This document shows, piece after piece, positions 1-9,847 of a stretch of DNA of 64,000 nt; positions within the stretch are counted from its first letter, which is position 1, and the number at the start of each line of letters is the position of its first letter. Location of the stretch: positions 16,705 through 80,704 of the forward strand of contig WSBC01000008.1 in NCBI GenBank assembly GCA_009758405.1. The letters run 5' to 3'. The position numbers and the translations under genes are program-made. Source of the stretch: Methanobacteriota archaeon (GTDB taxonomy: Archaea; Thermoplasmatota; Thermoplasmata; Thermoplasmatales; ARK-15). Below the pieces are notes generated by a model that was not told where the DNA came from, searched no databases, and worked only from the letters and a program-made list of their open reading frames with translations.

Positions 1-424
1 CTAGCTTTTGTTTCATTCCCTTTGAAAAATTTCCCACAGGATCATTTCTCCTTTCCCAAAGAGAAAATTTTTCAAGATAATACTTAATCTTCTCTTCCGC
101 TGATCTTTCATCCATTCCGTATAAACTAGAAAAAAATTTTAGGTTTTCAATGGCATTAAACCTTTCATAAAGTCCAGGATTTTCAGTTAATAAACCGCTC
201 ATCCCTCTAATCCTTTTTTTCTCCTCAAGAATGCTCATGCCATCTATGTATGCATTCCCCTCTGTAGGATTAATAATGCATGTGAGAATTCTGATTGTTG
301 TAGTCTTTCCTGCACCATTTGGACCTAGAATAACAAATATCTCACCCTTATTTATTTTAAGATTTATTCCCTCTATTGCTGTTACGTTATCAAAAACCTT
401 TTTTAATTCCACAATTTCTATCAT
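1..424 (-). CDS. ABC transporter ATP-binding protein (3' end runs off the window)
   Basis: Manual translation from ATG at 424: MIEIVELKKVFDNVTAIEGINLKINKGEIFVILGPNGAGKTT, with Walker A GPNGAGKT. Absent from the ORF track because it is truncated. Confidence 0.9.
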   Translation of the reverse strand, partial: MIEIVELKKVFDNVTAIEGINLKINKGEIFVILGPNGAGKTTTIRILTCIINPTEGNAYIDGMSILEEKKRIRGMSGLLTENPGLYERFNAIENLKFFSSLYGMDERSAEEKIKYYLEKFSLWERRNDPVGNFSKGMKQKL

Positions 425-588
425 TCTCTTTTGTTTAAATTTAAAAATGAATTTAAACTTTTGTAATATAATACTTCAAAAAACATATTTAAAAATATTA
501 TCAAATTTCTTTAAAAAAATCTTAAAATTGTTCTGATAACCCTTCAATCAAAAAATTTTTTATAAAAAGTTTGATTTAAATAAATTAA

Positions 589-662
589 CGGGCCCGTCGG
601 GATTTGAACCCGAGCCTGGGGCTCCGGAAGCCCCTATGCTTTCCGAGCTACACTACGGACCC
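589..662 (-). tRNA. tRNA-Arg(CCG)
   Basis: Reverse complement GGGTCCGTAGTGTAGCTCGGAAAGCATAGGGGC-TTCCGGA-GCCCCAGGCTCGGGTTCAAATCCCGACGGGCCCG folds as a cloverleaf; anticodon CCG; no encoded CCA. Confidence 0.93.
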
Positions 663-677
663 CGGTGAGTATAAATA

Positions 678-830
678 TTATTTCTTTTTAAATTCTGTGT
701 AACCGCACTTACCACATGTGTACCTGTCCTGATGCTCTGCAAGGAATACACCGGGACCACATTTAGGGCAGCTTTTCCTCTTTCTAATAAGTTTACCATC
801 CTTGATTTCATATAGCTCTCTCTTCTGCAT
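678..830 (-). CDS. rps27ae: 30S ribosomal protein S27ae
   Basis: Manual translation [50 protein letters not shown] (50 aa, Zn ribbon); follows S24e as usual. Confidence 0.95.
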   Translation of the reverse strand: MQKRELYEIKDGKLIRKRKSCPKCGPGVFLAEHQDRYTCGKCGYTEFKKK

Positions 831-832
831 AC

Positions 833-1129
833 CTATTCACCTTTTTTCCCCTTCAATCCATGCCTTATCAAAATAAAATCGGGTTCTATCTTTTTAGCAA
901 AATCAACATTCTCATATATCTTGCAATATCCCTTTACAAGCTGCATACCGAAAGTTGTTCTCATTCTATCGATTATTACCCTTTCTATCTCGGCTCCCAT
1001 ATTCTTGCCAATTAGGCCCCTTACCTCATTTCTGGAGGGTGTTTTTTCCTTAGGATGTCTTACAACGAATTCTATCTCAGTCCTATGAAGGAGAGGATTC
1101 TCCCTCTTTGAAATTATTTCAAGCTCCAT
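833..1129 (-). CDS. rps24e: 30S ribosomal protein S24e
   Basis: ENPLLHRTE and TPSR motifs; conserved rpoE-S24e-S27ae cluster; start placed at MELEII. Confidence 0.93.
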   Translation of the reverse strand: MELEIISKRENPLLHRTEIEFVVRHPKEKTPSRNEVRGLIGKNMGAEIERVIIDRMRTTFGMQLVKGYCKIYENVDFAKKIEPDFILIRHGLKGKKGE

Positions 1130-1637
1130 CTTCAATCACCATCTTTTCAAATATTTCTTCCGTTCTCTTTTTAATATTTTCATCTACCTTTATCAGTGCT
1201 AGACCCATATTTGGTATCCCGTATATAATTGTAACGCCTAACTGGGCATAAAAAATACATACTAATGATGCTAGATCCTCCTCACCCACTACCTGGATTG
1301 CAGGAACGGAGTTTTCCAGTGAGTATTTTATAGACCTAAATAAATCGTAGGTAATATAACCTGGTGGATTTTTTACAATTATTCTATGCTTAAAAACATT
1401 AAGAAGTTTTTCATGAAACCTGATTCTCCTTGACTTAAGATCAAATATAGATAGTTTTGGTTTTATCCCTAAGTGAATAACTGTTTCTGTTGTTTCATCA
1501 CCGACACATATTAATTTTGTTTCATCTTCAACCATTTTGGACAATTCATTCCCCGAAAGAACCTTGCCCACAGGTTTCGAAAGCTCATCCCTCAGATAAT
1601 CAGGAAGTCTAAGCCTTTCACCTTGTTTTAATTGCAT
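1119..1637 (-). CDS. GTP-dependent dephospho-CoA kinase (DUF359)
   Basis: VGD, NPPG and GEEDLASL motifs; canonical position between spt4 and S24e. Confidence 0.88.
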   Translation of the reverse strand: MQLKQGERLRLPDYLRDELSKPVGKVLSGNELSKMVEDETKLICVGDETTETVIHLGIKPKLSIFDLKSRRIRFHEKLLNVFKHRIIVKNPPGYITYDLFRSIKYSLENSVPAIQVVGEEDLASLVCIFYAQLGVTIIYGIPNMGLALIKVDENIKKRTEEIFEKMVIEDGA

Positions 1638-1803
1638 ACTCGCCTTCCTTTGATTTTCCTATCTTTTTCGCAAGCAAAGATAGCTCAGGTTTTATTATAT
1701 AAATATATCCATCCCATTCGAGGGTAGTCTCACCACCACATTCTGGACATTTTAAATCCCTAGTTATTCTACCACATTTTCTGCACGCTCTAAGTTCCTT
1801 CAT
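1618..1803 (-). CDS. spt4: Transcription elongation factor Spt4 (RpoE'')
   Basis: ACRKC...CPECG Zn ribbon, G-x-YA C-terminus; downstream of rpoE. Confidence 0.93.
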   Translation of the reverse strand: MKELRACRKCGRITRDLKCPECGGETTLEWDGYIYIIKPELSLLAKKIGKSKEGEYAIKTR

Positions 1804-2368
1804 TCTTTATATCCTCCAGTTTCCCCAATCCTGGCTGCCTCATGGTCAGCCCTATCTTGCTTGCTGCAAGATTCTCATCGTTCAAGGATAAGGATACAAT
1901 TCTAACCCTTACCTTGTCCTTTACCCTCAGCTCTTTTTTTGTATCTTTTCCAATCAGCCTTTTTCCTTCAAGATCTATGTCAAACCTGTCATCCATTACT
2001 TGACTAATATGAAGAAGACCATCCAAAACCCCAAAGTTTATGAAGGCCCCAAAATTAGTTATGTCTGAAACTGTTCCCTCTACAACTTCCTGCATCTCTG
2101 GATGAAATACTATTGCCTTGTATTCAACCTTCTGGTAGACACCCCCATCCCCCGGTATTATTCTACCATCCCCCACCCTTTTTACTTCAAGTACAGCAAC
2201 AATAATGAACTTCCTCTCCTGGGGGTCCTGAACCTCTGTCTTTTCAAAGGACTTCACTCTTCCCTCTAGTTTCTGATAGGTAAGTTCGTTTATTATCTTG
2301 TCAGGATCCTCACCTAACATTGATGGGGGTATCCTTATTACATCCTCATAATCAAGTAACATATACAT
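1790..2368 (-). CDS. rpoE1: DNA-directed RNA polymerase subunit E' (Rpo7)
   Basis: GRIIPGDGG, S1 domain FGAFI...DGLLHISQV, KIGLTMRQPGLG. Confidence 0.96.
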   Translation of the reverse strand: MYMLLDYEDVIRIPPSMLGEDPDKIINELTYQKLEGRVKSFEKTEVQDPQERKFIIVAVLEVKRVGDGRIIPGDGGVYQKVEYKAIVFHPEMQEVVEGTVSDITNFGAFINFGVLDGLLHISQVMDDRFDIDLEGKRLIGKDTKKELRVKDKVRVRIVSLSLNDENLAASKIGLTMRQPGLGKLEDIKNEGT

Positions 2369-2448
2369 AATGGTACTACCTAAAACAATATGTTATTAAA
2401 TATTTTTCTTTGACAAATTTTATTAACCATCTATTATTATGAAAAAAT

Positions 2449-2691
2449 ATGAAGTTTGTTACATTTATAAATGCATATCCTGATAAATATTCGAATATGT
2501 TTATGTTATTGAAGAATATGCATGTGCCTGAAAATATAAAGATTGTTTCAAGTTATTTCATATTTGGAAAACCTGATGCAATGGTAATATTTGAATCTCA
2601 AGATGAGTCCACGGCATTCAAATTCGTAGAATCCTTTGCAGGTGTAGGGGATACTGAAACACACGTGCTTGTTGATGTGAACAGAACATGA
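2449..2691 (+). CDS. Small ferredoxin-fold protein (GYD/Lrp-ligand-binding-like), function unknown
   Basis: 80 aa with a FG-x-x-D-hydrophobic-FES pattern; stop overlaps the elp3 start (ATGA). Confidence 0.55.
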   Translation: MKFVTFINAYPDKYSNMFMLLKNMHVPENIKIVSSYFIFGKPDAMVIFESQDESTAFKFVESFAGVGDTETHVLVDVNRT

Positions 2692-4262
2692 TAGATGCTG
2701 GAAAGATTATAGCTGATTCTATTATTAATGGGGAAATAAAAACAAGGGAAGATTTTGAAAGATTAAAGGTAAAGATTGCAAAGGAGAACCACATGGCAAT
2801 ACCTAGAAACAGCGATATCTTGAAACACATACCGGAAGAACTTAGGGAAAAGTATTCCCATATAATCATTAGGAAACCATCAAGGACCCTCTCTGGTGTA
2901 GCAATAGTGGCAGCCATGACCTCACCTTTTCCATGTCCACATGGAAAATGCATCTATTGCCCAGGTGGTGTGGAATACAATACTGCCCAGTCCTATACAG
3001 GAAAGGAGCCCGCTGCCCTGAGGGCAATAATGAACGACTATGATCCATACAGGCAGGTAAAATCGAGGATAGAGCAGTTAAGGAGTATTGGCCACTCAAC
3101 GTCAAAAATAGATGCGATTGTAATGGGTGGAACTGTAACTGCTAGACCGGAGCAATATCAAGTTGAATTTGTCAAGGGTATGTACGATGCAATGAATGGC
3201 TTTGTTTCAGAAAATATAAATTTATCTAAATTATACAATGAAATTTCAGATAATAGGATGATTGGTCTCACCTTTGAAACTAGACCTGACTGGTTTTATG
3301 AAAGGGAGATTGATATTGCATTAGGTTTAGGTGTAACTAGAGTAGAACTTGGAGTACAGACGACATTTGATGATATACTTGAAAGGGTAAACAGGGGTCA
3401 TGGTCAGACGGAGGTAATTAGGTCTACACAACTTTCAAAGGATGCTGGTCTAAAGGTTGTTTACCATATGATGCCAGGTTTGCCAGGTTCAACACCCGAA
3501 AAGGACATTGAGAGCTTCAGGAAAATTTTTCAGGATAGCAATTACAAACCAGATATGTTGAAGATATATCCAACCCTTGTGGTCGAGAATAGCGAACTTT
3601 ATAAATGGTGGAGGGAAGGTATCTACAAACCATATCATGAAGAAGATTTTCTTGAAATTTTAATAGAGATTAAAAAGATAGTACCTAAATGGGTGAGGAT
3701 ACAGAGGGTGGAAAGGGACATACCTTCTCCATTGATAGTTGATGGAATAAAAAGGAGCGATATTAGGGAACTTGCATATAGGAAGATGAAATCCATGGGA
3801 TTGCACTGCAATTGTATCAGGTGCAGGGAGATAGGAAGGAAAATAGAGAGAGGTGAAATAACTGAGAATCCAAGGATAGAGATGTTAAGGGAGGATTACT
3901 ATGCCTCAGGCGGAAGAGAGATATTCCTATCCTATGATGATGTTAACAATGATGCAATAATTGGATACTTAAGACTGAGGATACCTTCAATTGATGCCCA
4001 TAGACCCGAAGTAAGGGATTCAAGCGCAATTGTAAGGGAACTGAAGGTGGTGGGAAAAGAGGTGCCCATTGATAAAAGATATGGTGATGCCTTTCAGCAT
4101 ATGGGATTTGGTAAGGGTTTAATGGAGGAGGCAGAGAGAATTAGCAGAGAAGAATATGGATTGAAGTATCTTCTTGTACTGAGTGGAATTGGGGCAATTG
4201 AATATTACAGAAAACTTGGTTATGAAAAATATGGCCCCTATGTAAGGAAATTACTGTATTGA
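2688..4262 (+). CDS. elp3: Elp3 tRNA uridine(34) acetyltransferase (radical SAM + GNAT)
   Basis: KPSRTLSGVA, CPHGKCIYCPGG, QSYTGKEPA, ETRPD, CIRCREIG, C-terminal GNAT QHMGFG. Confidence 0.96.
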   Translation: MIDAGKIIADSIINGEIKTREDFERLKVKIAKENHMAIPRNSDILKHIPEELREKYSHIIIRKPSRTLSGVAIVAAMTSPFPCPHGKCIYCPGGVEYNTAQSYTGKEPAALRAIMNDYDPYRQVKSRIEQLRSIGHSTSKIDAIVMGGTVTARPEQYQVEFVKGMYDAMNGFVSENINLSKLYNEISDNRMIGLTFETRPDWFYEREIDIALGLGVTRVELGVQTTFDDILERVNRGHGQTEVIRSTQLSKDAGLKVVYHMMPGLPGSTPEKDIESFRKIFQDSNYKPDMLKIYPTLVVENSELYKWWREGIYKPYHEEDFLEILIEIKKIVPKWVRIQRVERDIPSPLIVDGIKRSDIRELAYRKMKSMGLHCNCIRCREIGRKIERGEITENPRIEMLREDYYASGGREIFLSYDDVNNDAIIGYLRLRIPSIDAHRPEVRDSSAIVRELKVVGKEVPIDKRYGDAFQHMGFGKGLMEEAERISREEYGLKYLLVLSGIGAIEYYRKLGYEKYGPYVRKLLY

Positions 4263-4886
4263 ATCTATTATATTTTCCACTTCTTTTCTTGGTTTTTCAG
4301 ATTCATATATTGATCTTCCAATAATCAAAAAGTCAGCTCCACTTTCAATAACTTTTTTAGCATTACCCCCTTGTACACCTATTCCCGGTGCAAAAAGCTT
4401 CATATTGGGGAAATTTTTCCTATAAATCTCTATCCTTTCTGGCCTTGTCCCTGGAACTATAAAACCATTAACACCAGCTTGAACAGAGATCCTGGCAATA
4501 TCCATAGAGACAGGTTGAATAAATTCTAGGGCACCAGGATGGGTCATTTCCACAACAGAATAAACCTCTCCTGGGGAGAATGATTCCACCACAGCCCTTA
4601 TGGAATCACTGCCTGTAAACCCCTGAACAATTATACCTTCTGCACCATTCTGCTTTGCCAATAGTGCTATCATTTTATTAGTATTTGGTATATCAGCCAG
4701 TTTGAAATCACATATTACCTTTGTCAACTTTGATAAATCCCTTACAATGGAAATTCCTGAAGATAATACAAGTGGATACCCCACCTTGATACCATCAATT
4801 AAGTCTGATATTTCTAATGCAAGCATAAGTGCCTTTTCTCTGGACTCAATATCAAGTGCAACTATTATTCCACTTTTTTTCTCCAT
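4251..4886 (-). CDS. pyrF: Orotidine-5'-phosphate decarboxylase
   Basis: IVALD, DFKLADIPNT, PGIGVQGG, IIGRSIY. Confidence 0.96.
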   Translation of the reverse strand: MEKKSGIIVALDIESREKALMLALEISDLIDGIKVGYPLVLSSGISIVRDLSKLTKVICDFKLADIPNTNKMIALLAKQNGAEGIIVQGFTGSDSIRAVVESFSPGEVYSVVEMTHPGALEFIQPVSMDIARISVQAGVNGFIVPGTRPERIEIYRKNFPNMKLFAPGIGVQGGNAKKVIESGADFLIIGRSIYESEKPRKEVENIIDSIQ

Positions 4887-4924
4887 AAAATTGATAAATT
4901 CTACGTACATTTTAAATTTTGCAC

Positions 4925-6373
4925 CTATACCACACTGCCTAGCTGCCTCTTAATTATTGTATCCAGAATTTCAACAAACTCAATCTCCCTTCCCCGGGGA
5001 ATTGAGCCACCTGCTGCTACATTATGGCCTCCACCATTACCGCCCACAGCAATAGCAGCCTCCCTAATTGCTCTTGATAGATCTAGGCCCTTTTCTATTA
5101 GGGACCTTGGTGCCCTCCCTGATACCTTTATTGTACCGTACTCATTGTCGGCAAATCCTATTATTGGAAGTGAAGGATCCGCTATTCCAGAAGATAATAT
5201 TATTGATGCAATAGTACCTATCACTGTGTCTGGTATATTGCTACCTGCATTAAAATATTGTAGGTGTTGCATTTTATTAATTCCTATATCCTTTAAATAA
5301 TCAATTCCATCAAGTATGATCTTTCTATGTTTTTGAAGAAGGCCTACAGCCTTCCTGTATTCTACATCCCTATCTCCCTTTGCCACCCTAAAACCAGTAA
5401 TTGCATCTCCATATCTGCCACACGCATTAAGGAGCGTGGCAAACTCCTTTGCATCCCTTAAATATGTACCCTCCTCTTCTTTAATAAGTGTGTAAACCTC
5501 ACCTATCATTCTCTCCGCCATCATGCTTCCATAACCCGATGTTATTATATTTTTAACAAGGGAGCTAAGTATTTTCCTCTTCTCATCCTTAGTTAAGTCC
5601 ACCCACCTCCTCCAATTCTCACCATCCTTAAGGGGTATTGAAAGATTTTTGAGGAATTCTATTGCTCCCCTTTCATCACCCGTGATATTCGGTAGAATGG
5701 GATCTGATACATATTCAAGCATTTTGTATACAGGCCGTGTCTCCCTTCCAAAAAACCTTGCATCTATTTCTACCTTTAAAAGGCCAAATTCTTCTGCCTC
5801 CTTTAATATATATCTATTTGTTCCTGCAAGCTTTAAAAAGGCAATATCTTGGAGATCGCCTACTGCACCCACAATAGCAAGTGGACTCAAGTTTACATTC
5901 TTTGAATTAAGTTCCCTAGCAACAAGGTATGTCACACCTGCCCCGCTTATATCTATTCCTCCATCCTTACCAAAAAGATGGGGATTTAGCTGTAATATGT
6001 CATCTTTGCTTATTTCTTCAAAAAGATCCGTTAATGTTTTCCTCTTTTCTTTTGGAACAACAGGTATAAGATCACTCGGTGAGTGGTGGTCGGTAATAAT
6101 TACATTCATACCATGCATCTCATGAACCATCCCGCTTCCGAGGTCTGTAAACCAGTATAATTGGCTATTATTTTTTTTAATTTCATCAAGAGTACCAGGA
6201 TCTAGCTGTTTTAGAAAAATGACCTTATGGTTTTTCCCTATAGAATCCAGGGCTGAAGATGCAATAGCAGCTGAGGTAATGCCATCTGCATCTATATGAG
6301 AAACAATTAATATGTCATCATATTTTATGATTTTTTCCGCAAGTTTTTTAGCCTGTGTAAGATATTCCCTCAC
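4925..6373 (-). CDS. DHH/DHHA1 phosphoesterase, RecJ/Cdc45-like
   Basis: SHIDADG, FTDLG, TDHH, GGGHNVAAG motifs; GTG start. Confidence 0.9.
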   Translation of the reverse strand: MREYLTQAKKLAEKIIKYDDILIVSHIDADGITSAAIASSALDSIGKNHKVIFLKQLDPGTLDEIKKNNSQLYWFTDLGSGMVHEMHGMNVIITDHHSPSDLIPVVPKEKRKTLTDLFEEISKDDILQLNPHLFGKDGGIDISGAGVTYLVARELNSKNVNLSPLAIVGAVGDLQDIAFLKLAGTNRYILKEAEEFGLLKVEIDARFFGRETRPVYKMLEYVSDPILPNITGDERGAIEFLKNLSIPLKDGENWRRWVDLTKDEKRKILSSLVKNIITSGYGSMMAERMIGEVYTLIKEEEGTYLRDAKEFATLLNACGRYGDAITGFRVAKGDRDVEYRKAVGLLQKHRKIILDGIDYLKDIGINKMQHLQYFNAGSNIPDTVIGTIASIILSSGIADPSLPIIGFADNEYGTIKVSGRAPRSLIEKGLDLSRAIREAAIAVGGNGGGHNVAAGGSIPRGREIEFVEILDTIIKRQLGSVV

Positions 6374-6415
6374 ATTTACATCTAAACAGGATTTATTATA
6401 TCAAAATTTTGTTTT

Positions 6416-7585
6416 TTATTTTTCATGGTTTACTTTTTTAAAGAATTTCAATAATATAATAATTGAAGATATTTGAAGAATGATAATGTATAAAACAATT
6501 ATAAGAATCTGGTTAAAGAAATATCCAACAAATATGCTAGATATCAATAACCCGTATCCATAGGAGGTATTTAATGCTCCAAAAACTGACCCTCTGTGTT
6601 CCTCCTCAATATAACTGGCTACAACTGATCTTGTAACTGTATCGTTGATCCCAGTAAATGCACCAAATAATAGACCTAGGAGCATGAAAACTAAAATATT
6701 ATGAAAACTAACCATTGAAATGATTAATATTGCCAATATAGGACCAATAATTATTATTTCCTTTCCAATTTTATCATATGCTATGCCAAAGATAAAGCCA
6801 AATATACCTTCACCCACCATAGCAAGTGTGAATATTAATGTTACCTCATACTGTTCTAAAAATCCCTGAGCCAAAACCAGTATAAATGAGATATGGAAGA
6901 TTCCAGCTGCGCTTAACCCTATGCCAATAAAATAATACATGAGATGCCTCTTTTTAATTCCCCTCTCTATCTTTTTCCTAGGTTCAAAGTTTATCTCCTT
7001 TTTTGAATATTTATAGGAGACATATAAAGATAAAATACTCAAAGTTGCAGGTATTGCCAAAAATAGAAATGCATCTCTGTAACCGTAATTATAAAAAAGC
7101 ATCACGGATATTATTAAAGGGCCTATTACAGCACCTGCCTGATCGAGTAAATTCTGTAATGCAAATGAATATCCAATTCTGTTTTCAGATGCCACTGTTG
7201 AAATAACATAATCCCTTGGTGGAATTCTTGTTGCACGACCCATCCTCTCCATAATGATTAAGATTGATGCAATAATGTAATTATTCGCTAATGCAAGTAA
7301 TGGTACTGCAAAAAGATTGATTGTATAACCTAAAAACATCATCCCCCAGTAGTTTCTTGTCCTATCCGAAATCTTTCCTGAAACGGATCTGAATGAGTAT
7401 CCCAAAAAGTCTCCAATACCTATCACAATACCTAAGGCAAATACGGACCCACCAAGTACATATGTAAAATATTGTGGTATTATACTTCTTGCACTTTCGT
7501 AGGTCATGTCAGCGAAGAAACTCACTATACCTATCAGAATTATTAGCCTCAAATTTGGACTTATTTTCTTTATTCCCTTACTCAT
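6416..7585 (-). CDS. MFS transporter, third gene of the fluoride-riboswitch operon
   Basis: About 12 hydrophobic segments, motif A GKISDRTR, VSFFADMTYESARS N-terminus; start overlaps the upstream ORF stop (ATGAGTAA). Confidence 0.9.
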   Translation of the reverse strand: MSKGIKKISPNLRLIILIGIVSFFADMTYESARSIIPQYFTYVLGGSVFALGIVIGIGDFLGYSFRSVSGKISDRTRNYWGMMFLGYTINLFAVPLLALANNYIIASILIIMERMGRATRIPPRDYVISTVASENRIGYSFALQNLLDQAGAVIGPLIISVMLFYNYGYRDAFLFLAIPATLSILSLYVSYKYSKKEINFEPRKKIERGIKKRHLMYYFIGIGLSAAGIFHISFILVLAQGFLEQYEVTLIFTLAMVGEGIFGFIFGIAYDKIGKEIIIIGPILAILIISMVSFHNILVFMLLGLLFGAFTGINDTVTRSVVASYIEEEHRGSVFGALNTSYGYGLLISSIFVGYFFNQILIIVLYIIILQISSIIILLKFFKKVNHEK

Positions 7586-7958
7586 ATTTAAATTCACTTA
7601 GGATAGTGTACCTTTCTATTAGGTCATCAATTTCTTGATTTTTCCTAATTTCTCTAGAATTTTTTATTTTGTTCAAATTTAAAAATTGTGACATAAGCCC
7701 TGAAAGATTAAATGCAAGAACTTGATTTTCCTTTAATATTTGAAATATCTCAAATTTTAAAGCTGCTATTTTTCCTTCAATCTCAAAACTTTCCTTCCTA
7801 AGGTTCCATAACTTTTCCTTTTTTTCAAGATAATTTTTAAAGAGTTCATTTACTTCTTCCTGTGAAAATTTTTCATCCTTGCAGGGATAGGAAAATATTT
7901 CTACATAATTGATACCAAGCTCTTTCATAATATCTTCAACAAAATCACCTAAGGACAT
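7578..7958 (-). CDS. Hypothetical helical/coiled-coil protein (about 126 aa)
   Basis: ORF with a GGTGA Shine-Dalgarno before ATG 7958; overlaps both neighbours; no recognisable family. Confidence 0.65.
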   Translation of the reverse strand: MSLGDFVEDIMKELGINYVEIFSYPCKDEKFSQEEVNELFKNYLEKKEKLWNLRKESFEIEGKIAALKFEIFQILKENQVLAFNLSGLMSQFLNLNKIKNSREIRKNQEIDDLIERYTILSEFKYE

Positions 7959-8187
7959 TAATCTCACCCTCTAGCTCCTCAATATATTTTTTCATTATTT
8001 CCCTGTCCTTTTCAATTTTATTTTTTAAATTTTGATAATAATTAAGTGAGTATCTTTTTTTACTTATTTCCACCTCAAGCTTTGATATCTCCTCATCAAT
8101 GTATTTTATTTTTTCAATCAGGCAACTTTTAATTCTACATATTACTAGTGAATTATCCTGGCTTAGATTTACATTATTCCTTTCCAT
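7945..8187 (-). CDS. Hypothetical coiled-coil protein (80 aa)
   Basis: Heptad-rich ORF with SD-like AGGTTGAT; first gene after the fluoride aptamer. Confidence 0.65.
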   Translation of the reverse strand: MERNNVNLSQDNSLVICRIKSCLIEKIKYIDEEISKLEVEISKKRYSLNYYQNLKNKIEKDREIMKKYIEELEGEINVLR

Positions 8188-8209
8188 ATAATCAACCTTT
8201 TTTTATTTA

Positions 8210-8255
8210 GTAGGCGTTATCACCAAAAACTGGATTTAAGGCGAACGCCATCGCC
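8210..8255 (-). promoter_or_regulatory. Fluoride riboswitch aptamer (crcB motif)
   Basis: Minus strand GGCGATGGCGTTCGCC-TTAAA-TCCAGTTTTTGG-TGATAACGCCTAC. P1 GGCGA/TCGCC, pseudoknot GGCGTT/AACGCC, small P2 hairpin and terminal CCTAC match the known crcB consensus. TATA-like TTAAATA about 24 nt upstream; ATG 22 nt downstream. Confidence 0.9.
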
Positions 8256-8560
8256 TTTTTTCTATATAGATTTTTAATATTTAAGTATTTTGAATCACAA
8301 TTTTTTTTAGTTTTTAATATACTATTTAAAAAATGACTTTTATCACATAATTTGCTCGTAAAAAAATAATTGAATTTTAGTATGTAAAATAATTTTAAAT
8401 TAGCTAATTAAAAATAAAAATTATGGGCTTGATTTTAAAAAATTATAATTTGATCAAATCGCATTTTATAAAATTCTTTGTAAATTTAAGAATGGATTAC
8501 ATAGAAGATTTAGTTATCCTAAAATTTATTAGGTTTTTAACTTTAAAGATGAGCGTTAAT

Positions 8561-9847
8561 ATGGGTATCAATAGTTCTAATAATTTAATAAGTGAAAAAT
8601 TCATTGGTCTGGAAGAATACCTTACAAAGGGAAAGGGAATAGGAGGTAAGTTGAAGAGATCTCCGGAAGACTTTATAGTTGAAGAAATACCACTTGATAT
8701 AAAAAGAAAAAGTGATGGGAAAAATACAATAATTAAGGTGAAACTAAGGAACTGGGAAACAAACAGGTTTGTTATGAAACTCGCAAAGGAACTTAAAATA
8801 AACAGAAATTCAATAAATTTTGCTGGAACAAAGGATAAAAGGGCAATAACTGTTCAATACTTTTGTATCAGGGATTTTAATGGTAATCTGAAAATAAATC
8901 TCAAAGATGCAGAGATACTTGAATCCTTTAGGACAGATTATTGCCTTGACCTAGGGGATCTCTACGGTAACTTGTTTAAGATAGTGGTATCAGATGCTGA
9001 GGATGAAGGAAGAATAGAAAATATTCTTAAGGAGTTTTCTCCATACTTTCAATTCCCCAATTATTTCGGTGTACAGAGGTTTGGAAGTAGTAGGCCTGTA
9101 ACACATATAGTGGGTAAATTTATAATCCTTGGAAGGTTTGATGAGGCAGTAAGGCATTATATAGGCCTAACATTTGATTTTGACAGGAACCTTGAGGCAA
9201 GAAAATATTTTTTTGAAACCCTTGATCCTGAAGGTACACTCAGGTTAGCTAAGGGCAAGATGGATTATGAGTATATTTTACTGAAACATTTAATTGAGAA
9301 GCCAGGAGATTATGCTGGTGCAATTTCCAGGCTTCCTAGAAATCTAAGAATGATGTTCGTTCATGGTTATCAAGGTTATCTTTTTAACAAAATAATAAGT
9401 GAAAGGATTAGAAGATTTTCATTATTTCAACCAATGGTGGGGGACATTGTTTTGCCCGTAGATTCCCTTGGACTTCCAATAAATGAAAGGTACATTATGG
9501 TTACAAATGAAAATATTAATACAATTGAAAAAAAGATTATTGAAAAAAAGGCATACATTTCAGGCATACTTTTTGGAAGTGAGAGTAAATTTGCAGGTGG
9601 TGAAATGGGAGATATAGAAAGGAGTATTGTTGAAAAGGAAGGTATAGAGGAAAATATGTTTAAAATAAGGGAAATAAGGGAGATATCTAGCAAGGGAAGC
9701 AGAAGGGCACTTGCAGCACCCTTTATGGATTTTTCATATGGTGTGAAAAAAAATGATGTTTATTTTGAATTTAAGCTTTTCAGGGGTTGTTATGCTACCT
9801 CTTTTCTCAGGGAGTTTATGAAAAGGGATGTGCTTTATTTTTATTGA
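8561..9847 (+). CDS. truD: tRNA pseudouridine(13) synthase TruD
   Basis: EDFIVEE, FAGTKDKRAITVQ, GNLF, PNYFGVQRFG, GCYATSFLRE; start uncertain (8549 or 8561 more likely than 8423). Confidence 0.95.
   Translation: MGINSSNNLISEKFIGLEEYLTKGKGIGGKLKRSPEDFIVEEIPLDIKRKSDGKNTIIKVKLRNWETNRFVMKLAKELKINRNSINFAGTKDKRAITVQYFCIRDFNGNLKINLKDAEILESFRTDYCLDLGDLYGNLFKIVVSDAEDEGRIENILKEFSPYFQFPNYFGVQRFGSSRPVTHIVGKFIILGRFDEAVRHYIGLTFDFDRNLEARKYFFETLDPEGTLRLAKGKMDYEYILLKHLIEKPGDYAGAISRLPRNLRMMFVHGYQGYLFNKIISERIRRFSLFQPMVGDIVLPVDSLGLPINERYIMVTNENINTIEKKIIEKKAYISGILFGSESKFAGGEMGDIERSIVEKEGIEENMFKIREIREISSKGSRRALAAPFMDFSYGVKKNDVYFEFKLFRGCYATSFLREFMKRDVLYFY

Noticed and set aside
231-536. Antisense and shadow ORFs in the track (for example 231-536, 5649-6125, 30818-31243, 36777-37103, 39942-40511, 63290-63496)
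   Set aside because: They lie opposite well-supported genes, have mirror-codon composition and show no motifs.
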